Source: Octopus sinensis
Lineage: Eukaryota
NCBI RefSeq assembly: GCF_006345805.1
Contig: NC_043017.1
Location: 20,460,001-20,524,000, forward strand
DNA: 64,000 nucleotides
Direction: 5' to 3'
Numbering within the stretch: position 1 is the first letter of the stretch; the number at the start of each line of letters is the position of its first letter. The notes under the pieces are model-generated. The model ran no database searches and was not told where the DNA came from. It saw nothing but the letters and a program-made list of their open reading frames with translations. Shown here in pieces: positions 48,758 through 62,517 of this stretch. A program made the translations under genes and the position numbers.

Positions 48758-48935
48758 CATGCACACACACACACACACAGTCACATGCACACACACACAC
48801 ACACAGTCACATGCACACACACACACACAAATGGACAGGCATGATGCATGTGTGTTTATATATACACATGTATTCACATATATATATATGAATGAGACCT
48901 CGATATTATGTAAAGTAGAGGAATTTATATGTAAA

Positions 48936-49050
48936 TATAATATGTGACAATTAGCGTTTTGTCTTAATACTAATGAGATGCCGGAGCAGACATCAGCCCC
49001 GGAATCTGAACTCATTTATTATGACAACCAACTAATTGTCACATATTATA
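48936..49050. repeat. Small imperfect fold-back (115 bp)
   Basis: tataatatgtgacaattag...ttgtc.taata..aatgag pairs with ctcatttattatgacaa...ctaattgtcacatattata. Confidence 0.75.
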
Positions 49051-49091
49051 TATATATATATATATATATTATATGTGTGTGATATATATAT

Positions 49092-49498
49092 ACTCTCTTT
49101 ACTCTTTTACTTGTTTCAGTCATTTGACTGCGGCCATGCTGGAGCACCGCCTTTAGTCGAGCAACTCAACCCCAGGACTTATTCTTTGTAAGTCCAGTAC
49201 TTATTCTATCAGTCTCTTTTGCTGAACCGCTAAGTAACGGGGACGTAAACACACCAGCATTGGTTGTCAAGCAATGCTAAGGGGACAAACACAGACACAC
49301 AAACACACACACATACATATATATATACATATATACGACGGGCTTCTTTGAGTTTCCGTCTACCAAATCCACTCACAAGGCTTTGGTCGGCCTGAGACTA
49401 TAGTAGAAGACACTTGCCCAAGGTGCCACGCAGTGGGACTGAACCTGGAACCATGTGGTTGGTAAGCAAGCTACTTACCACACAGCCACTCCTGCGCC
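49092..49498 (-). mobile_element. SINE-B, full length
   Basis: Complete head, microsatellite and tail. Confidence 0.9.
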
Positions 49499-49764
49499 TT
49501 TCTTTTTTACTTTCTTTTTTTTTTATGTTTTAGTCATTGGACTGCGGTCATGCTGGAGCACTGTCTTGAAGAGTCTTACTGAACAAATCAATTCCTGTAC
49601 TTGTTTTATCGATTTTGTAAGGAGAAAAGGCATAGCTGGCTTTGGCAGGATTTGAACTCGGAACCTAAAGAGTTGTAAGAAATGCTGCTAAGCATTTCAT
49701 CTAATGTACTAATGAGTCTTCTGACTCACTGCTATGATATTAACAACAACAACAACAATAATAA

Positions 49765-49982
49765 TAATATTCCTTTCTATTAAAGGTACAAGGCCTGAAA
49801 TTGGGGGCAGGAGGAAAGTTGATTACATTGATCCCAGTACACAACTGGTACTTAAATTATCGACCCCAGAAAGATGAAAGGCAAAATCGGCTTTGGTAGA
49901 ACTTGAACTCAGAAGATAGCAACAGGAAAAATTCTGCTAAGCATTTTACCCAGTGTGCTAAAGATCCTGTCAGCTTGCTGCC

Positions 49983-49983
<1 letters not shown>
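49765..49983 (-). mobile_element. SINE-A (A1) abutting (TAA)n
   Basis: Reverse-complement head aaggcagcaagctgacagg adjoins (AAT)n at about 49984-50050. Confidence 0.8.
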
Positions 49984-50041
<58 letters not shown>

Positions 50042-50061
50042 AATAATAATAATCATCATCA

Positions 50062-50462
50062 TCATCATTTAGCGTCCGCTTTCCATGCTAGCATGGGTTG
50101 GACGGTTCAACTGGGGTCTGGGAAGCCAGAAGGCTGCACCAGGCCCAGTCTGATCTGGCAATGTTTCTACGGCTGGATGCCCTTTCTAATGCCAACCACT
50201 CTGTGAGTGTAGTGGGTGCTTTTTATGTGCCACCGGCACAGGTGCCAGATGGGGCTGGCAAATGGCCACGGTCGAATGGTGCTTTTTACGTGCCACCACA
50301 CTGGTATCACAGCTACAATTTCCATTGATGTTGATCGATTTCGATTCTGATTCTCACTTGCCTGAACAGGTCTTCACAAGTAGAGTTTTGTGTCCCAAGA
50401 AGTAAAGGTATGCATAAGTGGACTGGCTACATCCCAGGTAGAGGCCATGGTCTCACTTGTCC
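50062..50462 (-). mobile_element. RTE 3' end (family C), longer copy
   Basis: (CAT)n tail, gtgccacc/ggcac sub-repeats, and upstream aagacctgttcaggcaagtga resembling the EKTRQAK* junction. Confidence 0.8.
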
Positions 50463-50469
50463 CAATAAT

Positions 50470-50504
<35 letters not shown>

Positions 50505-50505
<1 letters not shown>

Positions 50506-50705
50506 CCATTCTATTGAAGGTAAAAGGCCTGAAATTTAGCAGGAGGGGACAAGTTGATTACATCAACCCCAGTGTTTCACTGGTACTTAATTTACTGACT
50601 CCAAAAGGATGAAAGATAAAGTCAACCACAGCAGAATTTGTACCAAGAATGTAATGGTGGGAAAAATACCGATAAGCATGCCAACAGTTTTGCCAGATCA
50701 CCTAT
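50505..50705 (-). mobile_element. SINE-A (A1) between (TAA)n tracts
   Basis: Central domain on the minus strand, with long (AAT)n on both sides. Confidence 0.78.
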
Positions 50706-50747
<42 letters not shown>

Positions 50748-51323
50748 TTAAATACTAATAATAATAATAATATAATAATAATATTAAATACTACTACTAC
50801 TACTACTACTAATAATAATAATAATAATAATAATAAACTTGGTAATTTTAGGTCGATTTCTTCCAAATTTCTTGATCATCTTCCAAAACTATGGCAAACA
50901 CATCAGCAGTGTTTCTCACCAGAAAGAAATAATAATAATGATAATAATCTTTTCTCTGAGTATTCCCCAACCCCACAAATTCTAGACCTTGTGCCTGGAA
51001 TTTGTAGGGATGTGGAACAGTCAATCACATTGACCCCCTCCCCACCCCGTTTATTTTTATCAATGATGAGGATGATGAAAAAATGCGATGAGGATGATAG
51101 TGATGATGACGACGAAGCTGGTTAATGATGATGATGATGATGAAGATGATAACGATGAAGATAATGATGACAATTATGATGAAACTGATGATAATGATGA
51201 TGACAGCGAAGGTGATAATGATGAGGATGAAAATGATGATGATTATGATGAGGATAACAATGATGGTGAGGATAATGATGATGGATGATTATGATACTGA
51301 TGATAACGATGATGATGCTGAAA

Positions 51324-51363
<40 letters not shown>

Positions 51364-51583
51364 CTAACAGAGACCTCAAACCAAATGTTTCTGGTATATG
51401 TAGTGGACGTGGGTTGGTATGAGGGTGGGGGTTACCAGGGAGGTCAGTTGATAATATCAACCCCGCCCATTACTCGACCAGTACTTTATTTTATTTTATC
51501 AGCTCCCGGGGCCCCACCCGGGAAGTATGAAAGAAAGCCAAAATTGATGTCTGCAAGATTTGAACACACAGAACATAGCACGC

Positions 51584-51618
<35 letters not shown>

Positions 51619-52254
51619 CACGAAAAACATCCCCCTCCACTCTGTAAACAAGTCCCCCTCCCACCAAAAAAAAGAAACACACATGCAAAAACAAACAAAT
51701 AAAAAACACGAAACAAAAAAAACGTCAAAACCTGAGGTACTTGCAAGACACATCAAGCCTGCTGCCCGATTACAGTTTCCGCCAAAATCCAAGGCCTGTT
51801 TTGTTTTATTTTGTTTTATATTTATTTTTAATTCTATTTATTTGCTATACCCAGCCCCTACTGTCACCCCCACCACCTTCACCATTTCTGATATTAATTC
51901 TTCTAATAATGAATTTCTTTTTCATTGCCATAAGGGGGTGACGAATGTGATGATGGGAAGGAGTGGAATATGTAGGGGGGGAGGGGTCGGGCGAGGGTGG
52001 AGAGGATGTTAGAAAGACAAGAATTCTTTTATTAATGAGATATATTTGAAGAAGCAGAAGAAGAAATCATTAATAATAATAATAATAATAAATAATAATA
52101 ACAACAACAACAATAATAATAATAATAATAATAATAATGGTGGTGGTGATGGTGATGGTCATGATGTTGATGCTGTTAATTTTCTCTTTCTTTGCTGCAG
52201 AGGCACATGAAGAAGGAGATGAAGAAGATGAGGATGATGGTGATAATGATGACT

Positions 52255-52492
52255 ACCATCAGAAGCGTTTGCATGCCGGACAAAATATTTAGTGGCATTT
52301 TTTTCCAACTTCAGGTTCTGAGTTCAAATTCGGCCAGAGTCGGCTTTGTCTTTCTTCCTTTCAGGGTCGACAGAATAAGTACCAGTTACGTACTGAAGGG
52401 GCAGGGAGGGGTTTGATGTAAACGACTTGGCCCCCTCCCCCGAAACTGCTGGCCTTGCACCAACATTTGAAACCATTATTATCCTTATTATT

Positions 52493-52533
<41 letters not shown>

Positions 52534-52937
52534 CATTACATATTATATATATTATTATTATTATTAACATTATTTATTTATTGTTTATCATTATCATTAT
52601 TATTATTGTTATATTATTAATTATATTATTATAGTATTATTATGGCAACAAGCTGGCAGAATTGTTAGCATGCTGGGCTAAATGCTTAGCGGTATTTGTC
52701 TGGCTTTATGTTCTGAGTTCAGACTCTGCCAAGATCGACTTTGTCTTTCATCCCTTTCAGGGTTAATAAAATAAGTACTAGTTACATACCGAGGTCGATG
52801 TAATCAACTAGTACCCTCCCCCAAAATTCCAGGCCTTGTGCCTTTTGTAGAAAGTATTACTATTATTATTATCATTATTATTATTATCATTATTATTATT
52901 ATTATTATTATCATTATTATTATCATTATTATTATGA

Positions 52938-52971
<34 letters not shown>

Positions 52972-53300
52972 GGAGGTGAGCTGGAAGAATTGTTAGCAGT
53001 ATTTCATCTTCTGCTACGTTCTGAGTTCAAATTCCGCCGAGGTTGACTTTACCTTTCATCCTTTCAGGGGTCGATAAATTAAGTACCAGTTGCGTACTGA
53101 GGTTAATGTAATTGACTGCCCCCCCCCCCCCGCCTCATCACCACCAAATTTCGGGCCTTGTACCTAGAGTAGAAAAAAAAATTTCCACTTATGTCAACTT
53201 TGCCTTTCATCCTTTCGGGGGTCGATGAATTAAGTCCCACTGAAACGCCTGGGACCCCAAAATTTCAGGCCTTGTGCCTTTAGTAGAAAGGGTTATTATT
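52255..53300 (+). mobile_element. Cluster of three to four SINE-A (A1) copies interleaved with (TTA)/(ATC)n
   Basis: Copies at about 52255-52475, 52642-52860, 52972-53180 and a partial at 53195-53295. Confidence 0.82.
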
Positions 53301-54005
53301 TCTTGTATTTGCTACTGGGGCACAAGAAGTAAAAGGTGATAAAAAAAAATGATAATAATGATGATGATGATGAAGAAGAGTAGGGATGGATATGATAGCA
53401 ACATCACCAAAAGACAAGGGTGCAGCCCCCTGCTGCTCACCTCCTTTGTTCAATGACACTATTGTTGAATAAGGGTGAGGGCATTTGAGTGAGTGGGTGG
53501 GTAGATATGTTCCTGACTTAACAGAAGTAAGTCATAAGGGTGGGCAGGGTAGGTAGGATTGGTGCTTGGTTTAAATGTGAGACCCTCAGAGGGGTAAACT
53601 TATCCTGCTTAATAGTAGTTTAGGGGTGGCGGTGGGTTTTGGTTTCGGTGGGGGTGGAGCAAGGATGATAGGTGTGGTTGGGGGTGGGGGTGGGGTAAGG
53701 ATTGGGGGGTGCAAATGCTTAACACCCCACCCAAACCCCGTTCGCCACCAACACTTCCTTCCTCCTTCTCCATCTCTGCCCATCCTCCCACTTCGCCTCA
53801 GCCTCACCTTGCCCTCAACTAACAAACCCCTTCCTTCCATACTGCAACGACCCACTCACCTACCCACATACAGACCATACTGGCCTACTCAGAGATTGTG
53901 GTGGTAGGGGTAGTGGTGAAGTTAGTAGGGGTGATGGTTATGGTGGTGGCAGTAGTAATAATGGTAGTGATAGTGGTGGTAGTAGTAGTAGTAGTAGTAG
54001 CGGTG

Positions 54006-54036
<31 letters not shown>

Positions 54037-54099
54037 AAGAAATAGTAGTAGTAAAAGAAGAGAGAGTAGTAGTAGTAGAAAGAGTAGTAGTTGTAGAAA

Positions 54100-54143
<44 letters not shown>

Positions 54144-54417
54144 ATAGTAGCTGTAGTATTTTATTTATTTTGTTCATTCATTCATTCCCTTTCCAAGACT
54201 GAAATTACTGGTTCTATTTCCACCCATTCCACCCAGCCTGGTGCATCAATCTCTCCCTACCTTTCTATTACACACACGCACACACATGCCACTGTAGTCT
54301 CTCTTTGTCACACACACATATACACAAACACACAAATACATGCCAACACCTAAGCAATAAAAGAACAGCATATGCTCACATATACATACATACATACATA
54401 CATATCTATATATATAG

Positions 54418-54722
54418 TGGAGGCGCAATGGCCCAGTGGTTAGCGCAGAAGACTCGCGGTTGGAGGATCGCAGTTTCGATTCCCAGACCAGGCGTTGTTT
54501 GTCTTTATTGAGCGAAAACACCTAGAAAGCTCCACGAGGCTCCGGCAGGGGGTGGTGGTGACCCCTGTTGTGCTCTTTCGCCACAACTTTCTCTCACTCT
54601 CTCTTCCTATTTCTTTAGTAACGCTGCGATGGACTGGTGTCCCGTCCAGCTGGGGGGAACCTATATGCCATGGAAACCAGGAAACCGGGCTCAAGAGCCT
54701 GGCTAGGCTTGAAAAGGGGACG
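54418..54722 (+). mobile_element. SINE-D (head and body as 12954-13335, 3' half as 31580-31680)
   Basis: ggaggcgcaatggcccagtggttagcgcag head, and gtcccgtccagctggggggaacctatatgcc 3' part. Confidence 0.85.
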
Positions 54723-54728
54723 TTTATC

Positions 54729-54778
<50 letters not shown>

Positions 54779-55153
54779 AGCATGGAGACGTACATGTATG
54801 ATGATGAGATACATGCACAGAAAAACATGGACATGGCATACAAACATATATATACATACAATCATAGCCTTGGGGTGACAAAGCCTTGTGAGTGGATTTG
54901 GTGGACGGAAACTGAAAGAAGCCTGTCATATATATATATATATATAAAAATGGTCAAAACTTTTCACACAGGAACTTAGTTTGATTTGAAAACCCCACTA
55001 GAATGGGAGAAAGCGCTAATACATGATTTAAGTTATATGATATATAAAACATGTAATATACAAATAAATATCTGTAAATATAAACCATCCGATTTTCTGA
55101 GTACCTCATTTCTTCTAATATAAAATACCTGTACATCATCTCCAAACCTTCCA

Positions 55154-55188
<35 letters not shown>

Positions 55189-55838
55189 ACATATATACAT
55201 ACAACTGCAGCATAGAAGGTGTGTACAAGCCATTTAAAAACACTTCACCATTTAAATTTAATTTGTGCCAAAATATTTTTGGTGCTTTGAAACTGTGATC
55301 TGTTTGCTGACAAAATTCCATACTGCATCTCACAGAAATATATATATATATATATATATTAGTGTGTGTGTATGTTTGTCCACCTTGGCCATTGCTTGAC
55401 AACTGATGGCTGGTGTGTTTACGTTCCTGTAACCTAGCAGTTCAGGAAAAGCAACCAATAGAATTACAAAAAAATAGGCTTACAAAAAATAAGTCCCGGG
55501 GTCGATTTCTTCAACAAAGAAAAACCCTTTAAGGCAATGCTCCAGCATGACCACAGTCGAAGGACTGTAACAAGTAAATGAATAAAAGAATGCCTATACA
55601 CACACATACAAGTATATACACACATATATCCTTTTATTCTTTTACTTGTTTCAGTCATGTGATTGCAGCCATGCTGGATCACCACCTTATACAGTGCATG
55701 CATACACATACATTCACACACACACATACATATATACAGATATACACACAGACATACATACTTGCATGTGTGCATTCATAAATGCACATATACTTATACA
55801 CATATGTATATTCAAACATACACACACACATACTTTGC

Positions 55839-55882
<44 letters not shown>

Positions 55883-56871
55883 AGATAAATAAAATATATT
55901 GCATACATAAAACATATATGTACGTACCTACATCTACATGTATATATACATGCATATATAAATAATATACGGAAAGTACAGGACATCACAATAAGACGTA
56001 GAAACAGAAAGACCAAAAAACAAAAACAAGAGACGGAAAACGAAAACCAAATACCAAATACACATTTAAATAAGGAGGGAGATAAATTGATTATTAATTT
56101 AATTAATATCAATTTAAAACCAATAGCCTAGCATACAAAAATCTGAAAAATCAGAGAAAATTCCATATATATACAAACACACACACACACACACATATAT
56201 ACACACACAGACACACACACATATATACACATACAGACACACACACACACAAACATAATATATATATATATATATATATATACTCTATATGTAAACATAC
56301 ACATATACATACAGCAACATGTGTGCACATACATGCACGCGCACACAAATATCTTTGTTCTTTTTCTCCTCCCTCTCTTTCTTTTCCTCTTCCTCCTCCC
56401 CTAGTCTATATCTTTATACTTTCTGCTGTTCTCTCCTCCTCCTTGCTCAAACTCCCTTAATCCTTCTCCTCCCACCTCACTCCTGCAACCAACATGAAAT
56501 ACAGTCTGTCACACACTACCTTTTGCATTCTCTAACAACCCCTACATTCACATACATGTACACACACACAATCTTACATGCGCAGACACACACACACACA
56601 CACACATACACATATATATACACACATGCACACAAACTTTCACATTCTCACATACATTCTTGTATGCTTGCTCAAATGTACTTTTACATGCTTACTCATA
56701 CACACACACTTATATTTTCACACAAACACACAGACACACACTCATGTTCATACACTCACATGGTCTTCCACACACGCACACACACACTCTTACATCACAC
56801 ATACATGCAGTCACGCTCTTTCACATTCACTCACACACACACGCGTGCGCACACACACACATACATGCATG

Positions 56872-57005
56872 CACATCATCATCATCATCATCATCGTTTA
56901 ACGTCCGTTCTCCATGCTAGCATGGGTTGGACGGTTTGACCGGGGATCTGGGAAGCCAGAAGGCTGCACCAGGCTCCAGTCAGATCTGGCAGTGTTTCTA
57001 CAGCT
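56872..57005 (-). mobile_element. RTE 3' UTR fragment (family C)
   Basis: (CAT)n-cgtttaacgtccgttctccatgctagcatgggttggacgg. Confidence 0.8.
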
Positions 57006-57569
57006 GCCCTTGCATATTCATACACACACTCTCAAACACACATGCACAAGTACACACACATAAATACACTCACACATACACACAGACACACACACAGATA
57101 CACACACATATTCACATATACATACAAACACACATGCTTTCATATTCACACACATATGCATACACACTCTTTTACCTCCAAACACACATACACATACATT
57201 CCCACATACATACAAACTTGCATTCTTACACATTCACACACACGCACGCGCACACAAAGATTGTTAACCCAAATGACTCTACTACAGGGTTGCTGGACAC
57301 GCTAGAAACAGCAGCCAAAAATCACACACACCCGTTACCACTTTCGCATGGATGGGGAAATGAAAGAGAGGGACACATCATATAATATAGTCACCTTACA
57401 TACATACAGATATGCTTAAATATATGGGATGGTCATGGCTGGAACAACTTTGATCATATGTCTGTTCAATCAGATCAGATTTCACCTGGGGCTAAACAAC
57501 AACAATACATATTCGCCCCACCCTTTTCTCTTTAGTTTCATATCACTTTCTTTTTTACAAACATACTTG

Positions 57570-58060
57570 TCTTTCTCTCTCTCTCTCTCTCTATCACTGT
57601 CTATCTGTCTGTCTGTCTCTCTCTCGCACTCTCTCTCTCTCACCCTTTCTCTTCTCTTTACCACTCTATCTGGCTAGTTCCTCTCTCTCTCTCTTCCTCA
57701 CTCTCTACTTTTTTCTCTGTCTTACCCCATCTCTCCCTTTTTTTCTTCCCCTCTCTCTCTTTGTCTCTCTCTGTCCCTCTCCCCTCCTTCTTCCTTCTCT
57801 CTCGATCTCTTCCCCTCTTTCTCTCTTCCTTTCCCTCTCTCTCTCTCCATCTCTTACTCTTTCTTGCTTTATCACCCTCTCTCTTCCTCCCTCTTTCTCC
57901 ACTTTCTCTCCTTCTCTTCCTTTCCCTCTCTCTCTCTCTCTCTGTTCTCCTTCTAAACCATAAGGTTAAGCTAGAAAGGGGTCCCCTCCTCTTCTCATTG
58001 CTCATCCTCCTTATTACTTTACTTCAGATCCCTTCCACCACCATCAGCATCTCTCTGACT
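57570..58060. repeat. About 500-bp polypyrimidine (CT-rich) low-complexity tract
   Basis: Almost entirely C/T on the + strand. Confidence 0.85.
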
Positions 58061-58435
58061 CCTTGATCTACACTTAGACTCCTCTACTCCTACCCCGACC
58101 CCATCCACCAGTCTTTATCCTTCCTCCTTCCCTCCCCCTATCCATCCCTTGGTCCACCTCAAACACTTTTTTTCTCACAACTACATTACAACCACCACCA
58201 CCACCACCACCACCACCACCACAACCACCACCACAACCACCACCACCACTACCACCACTATCATGACCACCATCGTCATCCTCCTCCTCCTCCTCCTCCA
58301 TTGTTATCACCTTCACCAATTCTTCTCCAACTCCACAATGAACACCAATATCACAATTCTTTAAAGCATTCCAAATTTCAGCTCAGTTCCATCCTCTCAA
58401 ACATCTGTATATCTATCTACCTGTCAATCAATCAG

Positions 58436-58475
<40 letters not shown>

Positions 58476-58687
58476 CCTGTCTGTCTGTCTGTCTGTCTAA
58501 CTATCTATTTTTCTGTCAATCTTTCTCTTTACCAATCTATATGACGTGGTGCTGAGAAGCTTTTCGCTTAAAGGATATCGTGAAAGGTTGGAAGCCAAAC
58601 ATTCAGGGCTCTTTTACAGGGTTTAGAAAAATCGAAAGACTGCTGTGAACTTTTCAGCACCTCTTGTGTGTGTGTGTGTATATATAT

Positions 58688-58912
58688 ATTTCTTTGCTGC
58701 CCAGAAGGGGCTAAACATAGAGGGGACAAACAAAGACAGACAAAGGGATTAAGTCGATTACATCGACCCAGTACGAAACTGGTACTTTATTTATTGACCC
58801 CAAAAGGATGAAAGGCAAAGTCTACCTCGGCGGAATTTGAACTCGGAACGCAACGACAGACGAAATACCGCTAAGCATTTCGCCCGGCGCGCTATCGTTT
58901 CTGCCAGCTTAC
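58688..58912 (-). mobile_element. SINE-A (A2)
   Basis: A2 tail gggctaaacatagaggggacaaacaa and CpG-rich head. Lies head-to-head with a SINE-B 5' half at 58927-59100. Confidence 0.88.
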
Positions 58913-59116
58913 CATATATATATATATAGGTGCAGGAGTGGCTGTGTGGTAAGTAGCTTACTTACTAATCACATGATTTCAGGTTCAGTCCCACTGCATG
59001 ACACCTTGGGCAAGTGTCTTCTACTATAGCCTCAGGCTGACCAAAGCCTTGTGAGTAGATTTGGTTGACAGAAACTGAAAGAAGCCTATCGCACATATGC
59101 GCACGTGTGTGTGTGT

Positions 59117-59172
<56 letters not shown>

Positions 59173-59848
59173 ATCGCCCTTGGGCAGTAGGGTTCACACA
59201 AGATTTTACTTCTACAAAATACAAAATATTAAAATTATTTTCATTCTTAATAATATTTAATTATAAAGTAAGATTTGTTTTATATACATCGAATAGCTAT
59301 GGAAAGGAAAGAAAGGGGTCAAAAAATGGTTGAGAATCATTGAGGGAGCTGGTTTTTTTGTCTGTCTATCTATCCATCTATCCACCCATCAGTGTGTTTT
59401 TCGTCTGTATGTATGTGTGTGTGTGTTGTGGACACACTTATTTTGCATCACAGCCAGTGAGTGTCCGGTGTCACATTTGCTCATGTGTGTGTGTATATGT
59501 GTGTATGTGTATGTGAGTGTGCGTGTGTGTGAGAGTTGTTTTCCCAGCCACTTCATGCATCTGCTCACTTCATCTACTAAAGTACATATCCACACACTGT
59601 TCAAATAAACACACACACACACACACAAGCACGCACGAAAATAACTATGCACCCATGGGAACCACATAAAATGATGATGATGATGGTGATGATGATGACA
59701 CCCACACGTATACAAACATGCATATACACTCATACACAGATATGAATATTCCAACATCCACACACACACACACAACAACACACACACATGTGTGAGCACA
59801 TACTGAGACACACATATCTGTATTACATACATTGAATCTCACTATTCA

Positions 59849-59884
<36 letters not shown>

Positions 59885-59891
<7 letters not shown>

Positions 59892-59913
59892 ACACAAACC
59901 CACAAACACAAAA

Positions 59914-59944
<31 letters not shown>

Positions 59945-59989
59945 AAATCTCTCTCACACACACACACACACAAACCCACAACCACAAAA

Positions 59990-60026
<37 letters not shown>

Positions 60027-60120
60027 AACCCACAAACACAAAATCTCTCTCTCTCTCACACACATACACACACAAACCCACAAACACAAAATCTCTCTCT
60101 CTGTCACACACACACAATCT
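59885..60120. repeat. Minisatellite of roughly 45-50 bp units: (CA)n-aaacccacaaacacaaaa-(TC)n
   Basis: aaacccacaa(a/c)cacaaaatctctctc recurs four times, plus one partial unit. Confidence 0.8.
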
Positions 60121-60728
60121 CACGCACGTGTATACATACACAGATACATATAAACTCATACATACTTACACCCGCACAAAAAATTCACACATACACATAC
60201 GAGCTCACGCACCCTCATACAAGCTCACACACCCACACACGTTAATCCCTATCCCCTCTCCAACTCAACTTCTGATCCCATTATATATTCCTTTTGTTCA
60301 TTAATTCTGTTGTTCTCCTTGAATGGAGCAGTGCCCTAAATAGGGTCCGGGAGGGGAGGGAACCAACCCATAGCCTTTCACAAGGGGGTCAGTGGGGCAT
60401 TTAATGATATCAGATAAACTAGAGTGGAACATGAGGACTATCTAATGACTTCCTTACTCCTTCCTTTGCTATCCTACTTAACAACAGACCCTCCATTCCT
60501 GCCCTACCCTGCCTACTCCTTCTTTCTCGGCTCCCTATGTCTCCATTTCTTTGTCTCTAACTATATCTTGGTAGCCTCATATTTTCTTGCACATTCTCTC
60601 AACGTGTGTGTGTGTGTGTGTGTGTGCATGCGTGTGTGTGCATGTGTGTGTGTGCACGTGTGCATATCTCCTTTTATCTTTTACTTGTTACCATCATTAG
60701 ACTGCAGCCATGCTGGGCAATGCCTTAA

Positions 60729-60949
60729 CCCTTTCGTTACCAACCCGGCCAAAACCGGCTCTGGCTCTGTAGTACAAATGTCTTGTTTTCATAAGTTTTG
60801 CATCAAAATATACCACCAAACCTTAGTCGCAATTTATATTCCTAACACTAGCTTAATGATAACTAAGTTATTTTACTAAATTCTTTGTTATATTTAAAAT
60901 AATTGAAAGAAACACAGAGCATCTTAAAATAAATACAGTAACGAAAGGG
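60729..60949. mobile_element. piggyBac-like MITE with TTAA TSD
   Basis: TTAA-ccctttcgttac...gtaacgaaaggg-TTAA. 12-bp TIR starting CCC, TSD at 60725-60728 and 60950-60953. Inserted inside a SINE-B. Confidence 0.9.
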
Positions 60950-61080
60950 TTAAAGAATTTCTAGTAAAATGACTCCTGTTTTTTTTGTTTACCATATTAT
61001 CTGGGTGGTTGCTGAACTGCTCAGTTACAGGGATGTAAACACACCAACGCCGGTTGTCAAGTGGTGGTAGGGAACAAACA

Positions 61081-61312
61081 AGGCAGCGAGCTGGCAGAAA
61101 CGTTAGCACGCTGGGCGAAATGCGTAGCCGTATTTCGTCTGCTGCTACGTTCTGAATTCAAATTCTGCCGAGGTCGACTTTGCCTTTCATCCTTTCGGGG
61201 TCAATTAAATAAGTACCAGTTATGCACTGGGGTCGATATAATTGGCTTAATCCGTTTGTCTGTCCTTGTTTGTCCTCTCTGTGTTTAGCCCTTTGTGGTT
61301 AGTAAAGAAATA
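61081..61312 (+). mobile_element. SINE-A (A2) with 15-bp TSD, inserted in SINE-B
   Basis: TSD ggtagggaacaaaca at 61066-61080 and 61313-61327. Confidence 0.92.
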
Positions 61313-61792
61313 GGTAGGGAACAAACAAAGTCACAAAGACACACATACATAGATGTATTCACATACACACACTCACACACACGACAGGCTTCTTTCAGTT
61401 TCCTTCTACCAAATCCACTCTCAAAGCTTTCATTGACCCAAGGAGGTACACAGTGTAATTGAACTCTGAGCCATCTGCTTCAGAAGCAAACTTCTTACCA
61501 CATGCCCATGCTTGCAACTACACACACATATAAAATAGCAAACATTATTATTAAATTAGAAAACAGAGATCTAATGGATACAAATTAATTTATTAATTAA
61601 TCAACGTGTTCACCTACAATTGCTTCATTTCACAAACAGAATTAGAATTACAAAACATATATAAATATATAATTTTGCATTTTAAAATACCTTGGATGGA
61701 AAATCAGGGTATACAAAGGACATTAGATACATTTGGAATGCTAAGAATATATAGACATGTTTATTATATATATATACATATGTGTGTGTGTC

Positions 61793-62015
61793 ATCATCAT
61801 TATCGTTTAGCGTCCGCTTTCCATGCTAGCATGGGTTGGAAGGTTCAATTGGGGTCTGGGAAGCCAGAAGGCTGCACCAGGCTCCAGTCTGAGCTGGCAA
61901 TGTTTCTATGTTAGTGTAGTGGGTGCTTTTTATGCGCCACCGGCACAGGTGCCAGACGAGGCTGGCAAACGGCCACGATCAGATGGTGCTTTTTACGTGC
62001 CACCTGCACAGCATG
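61793..62015 (-). mobile_element. RTE 3' UTR fragment (family C)
   Basis: catcatcattatcgtttagcgtccgctttccatgctagcatggg...gtgccagacgaggctggcaaacggccacg. Confidence 0.8.
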
Positions 62016-62330
62016 CTGTGTGTGTGTGTGTGTATGTGTATATATACGTATTTATGTGTATGTGTCTTTATTTGTTCCCCTCACCACCACTTGACCACTG
62101 GTGTTGGTGTGTTTACAACCCCTGAAACTTAACAGTTTGGCCAATGAGACTGATAGAATAAATGCTAGGCTGAACAAAATAAGTCCTGGGGTTGATTTGT
62201 TTGACTAAAACACTTTAAGGCAGTGCTCCAGCATGGCTGCAGCCAAATGACTGAAATAAGTGAAAGAATAAAAGAAAGATTCTGTACAGTGATTCGTGTC
62301 TTTGGCAAAAGACACATTTGGCATTTCAAC

Positions 62331-62517
62331 CAGGGCTGTGGAGCTGAAAAAAATTCTTCAACGCGGACTCCTCTACTTTTGTCACTTCTGACTCCGATTC
62401 CAACTCCTCTATATAATTAAGTGATTGTGGTCTATTTTATCAACTCCGACTCCAGCTACCTCTTAACTGTTTCCGACAACATGACTCCGACTCCATGACT
62501 CCGACTTCACAACTTTA
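62331..62517. mobile_element. Degenerate hAT-like MITE with ACTCCG subterminal repeats
   Basis: Left end CAGGGCTGTGGAG, four (g/a)actccga motifs, and an eroded right end ccgacttcacaac. No clean TSD. Confidence 0.55.

Noticed and set aside
53600-53720. G-quadruplex-capable tract (also about 51975-52005)
   Set aside because: G-runs sit within low-complexity (GGT)n-type sequence, and nothing marks them as functional.
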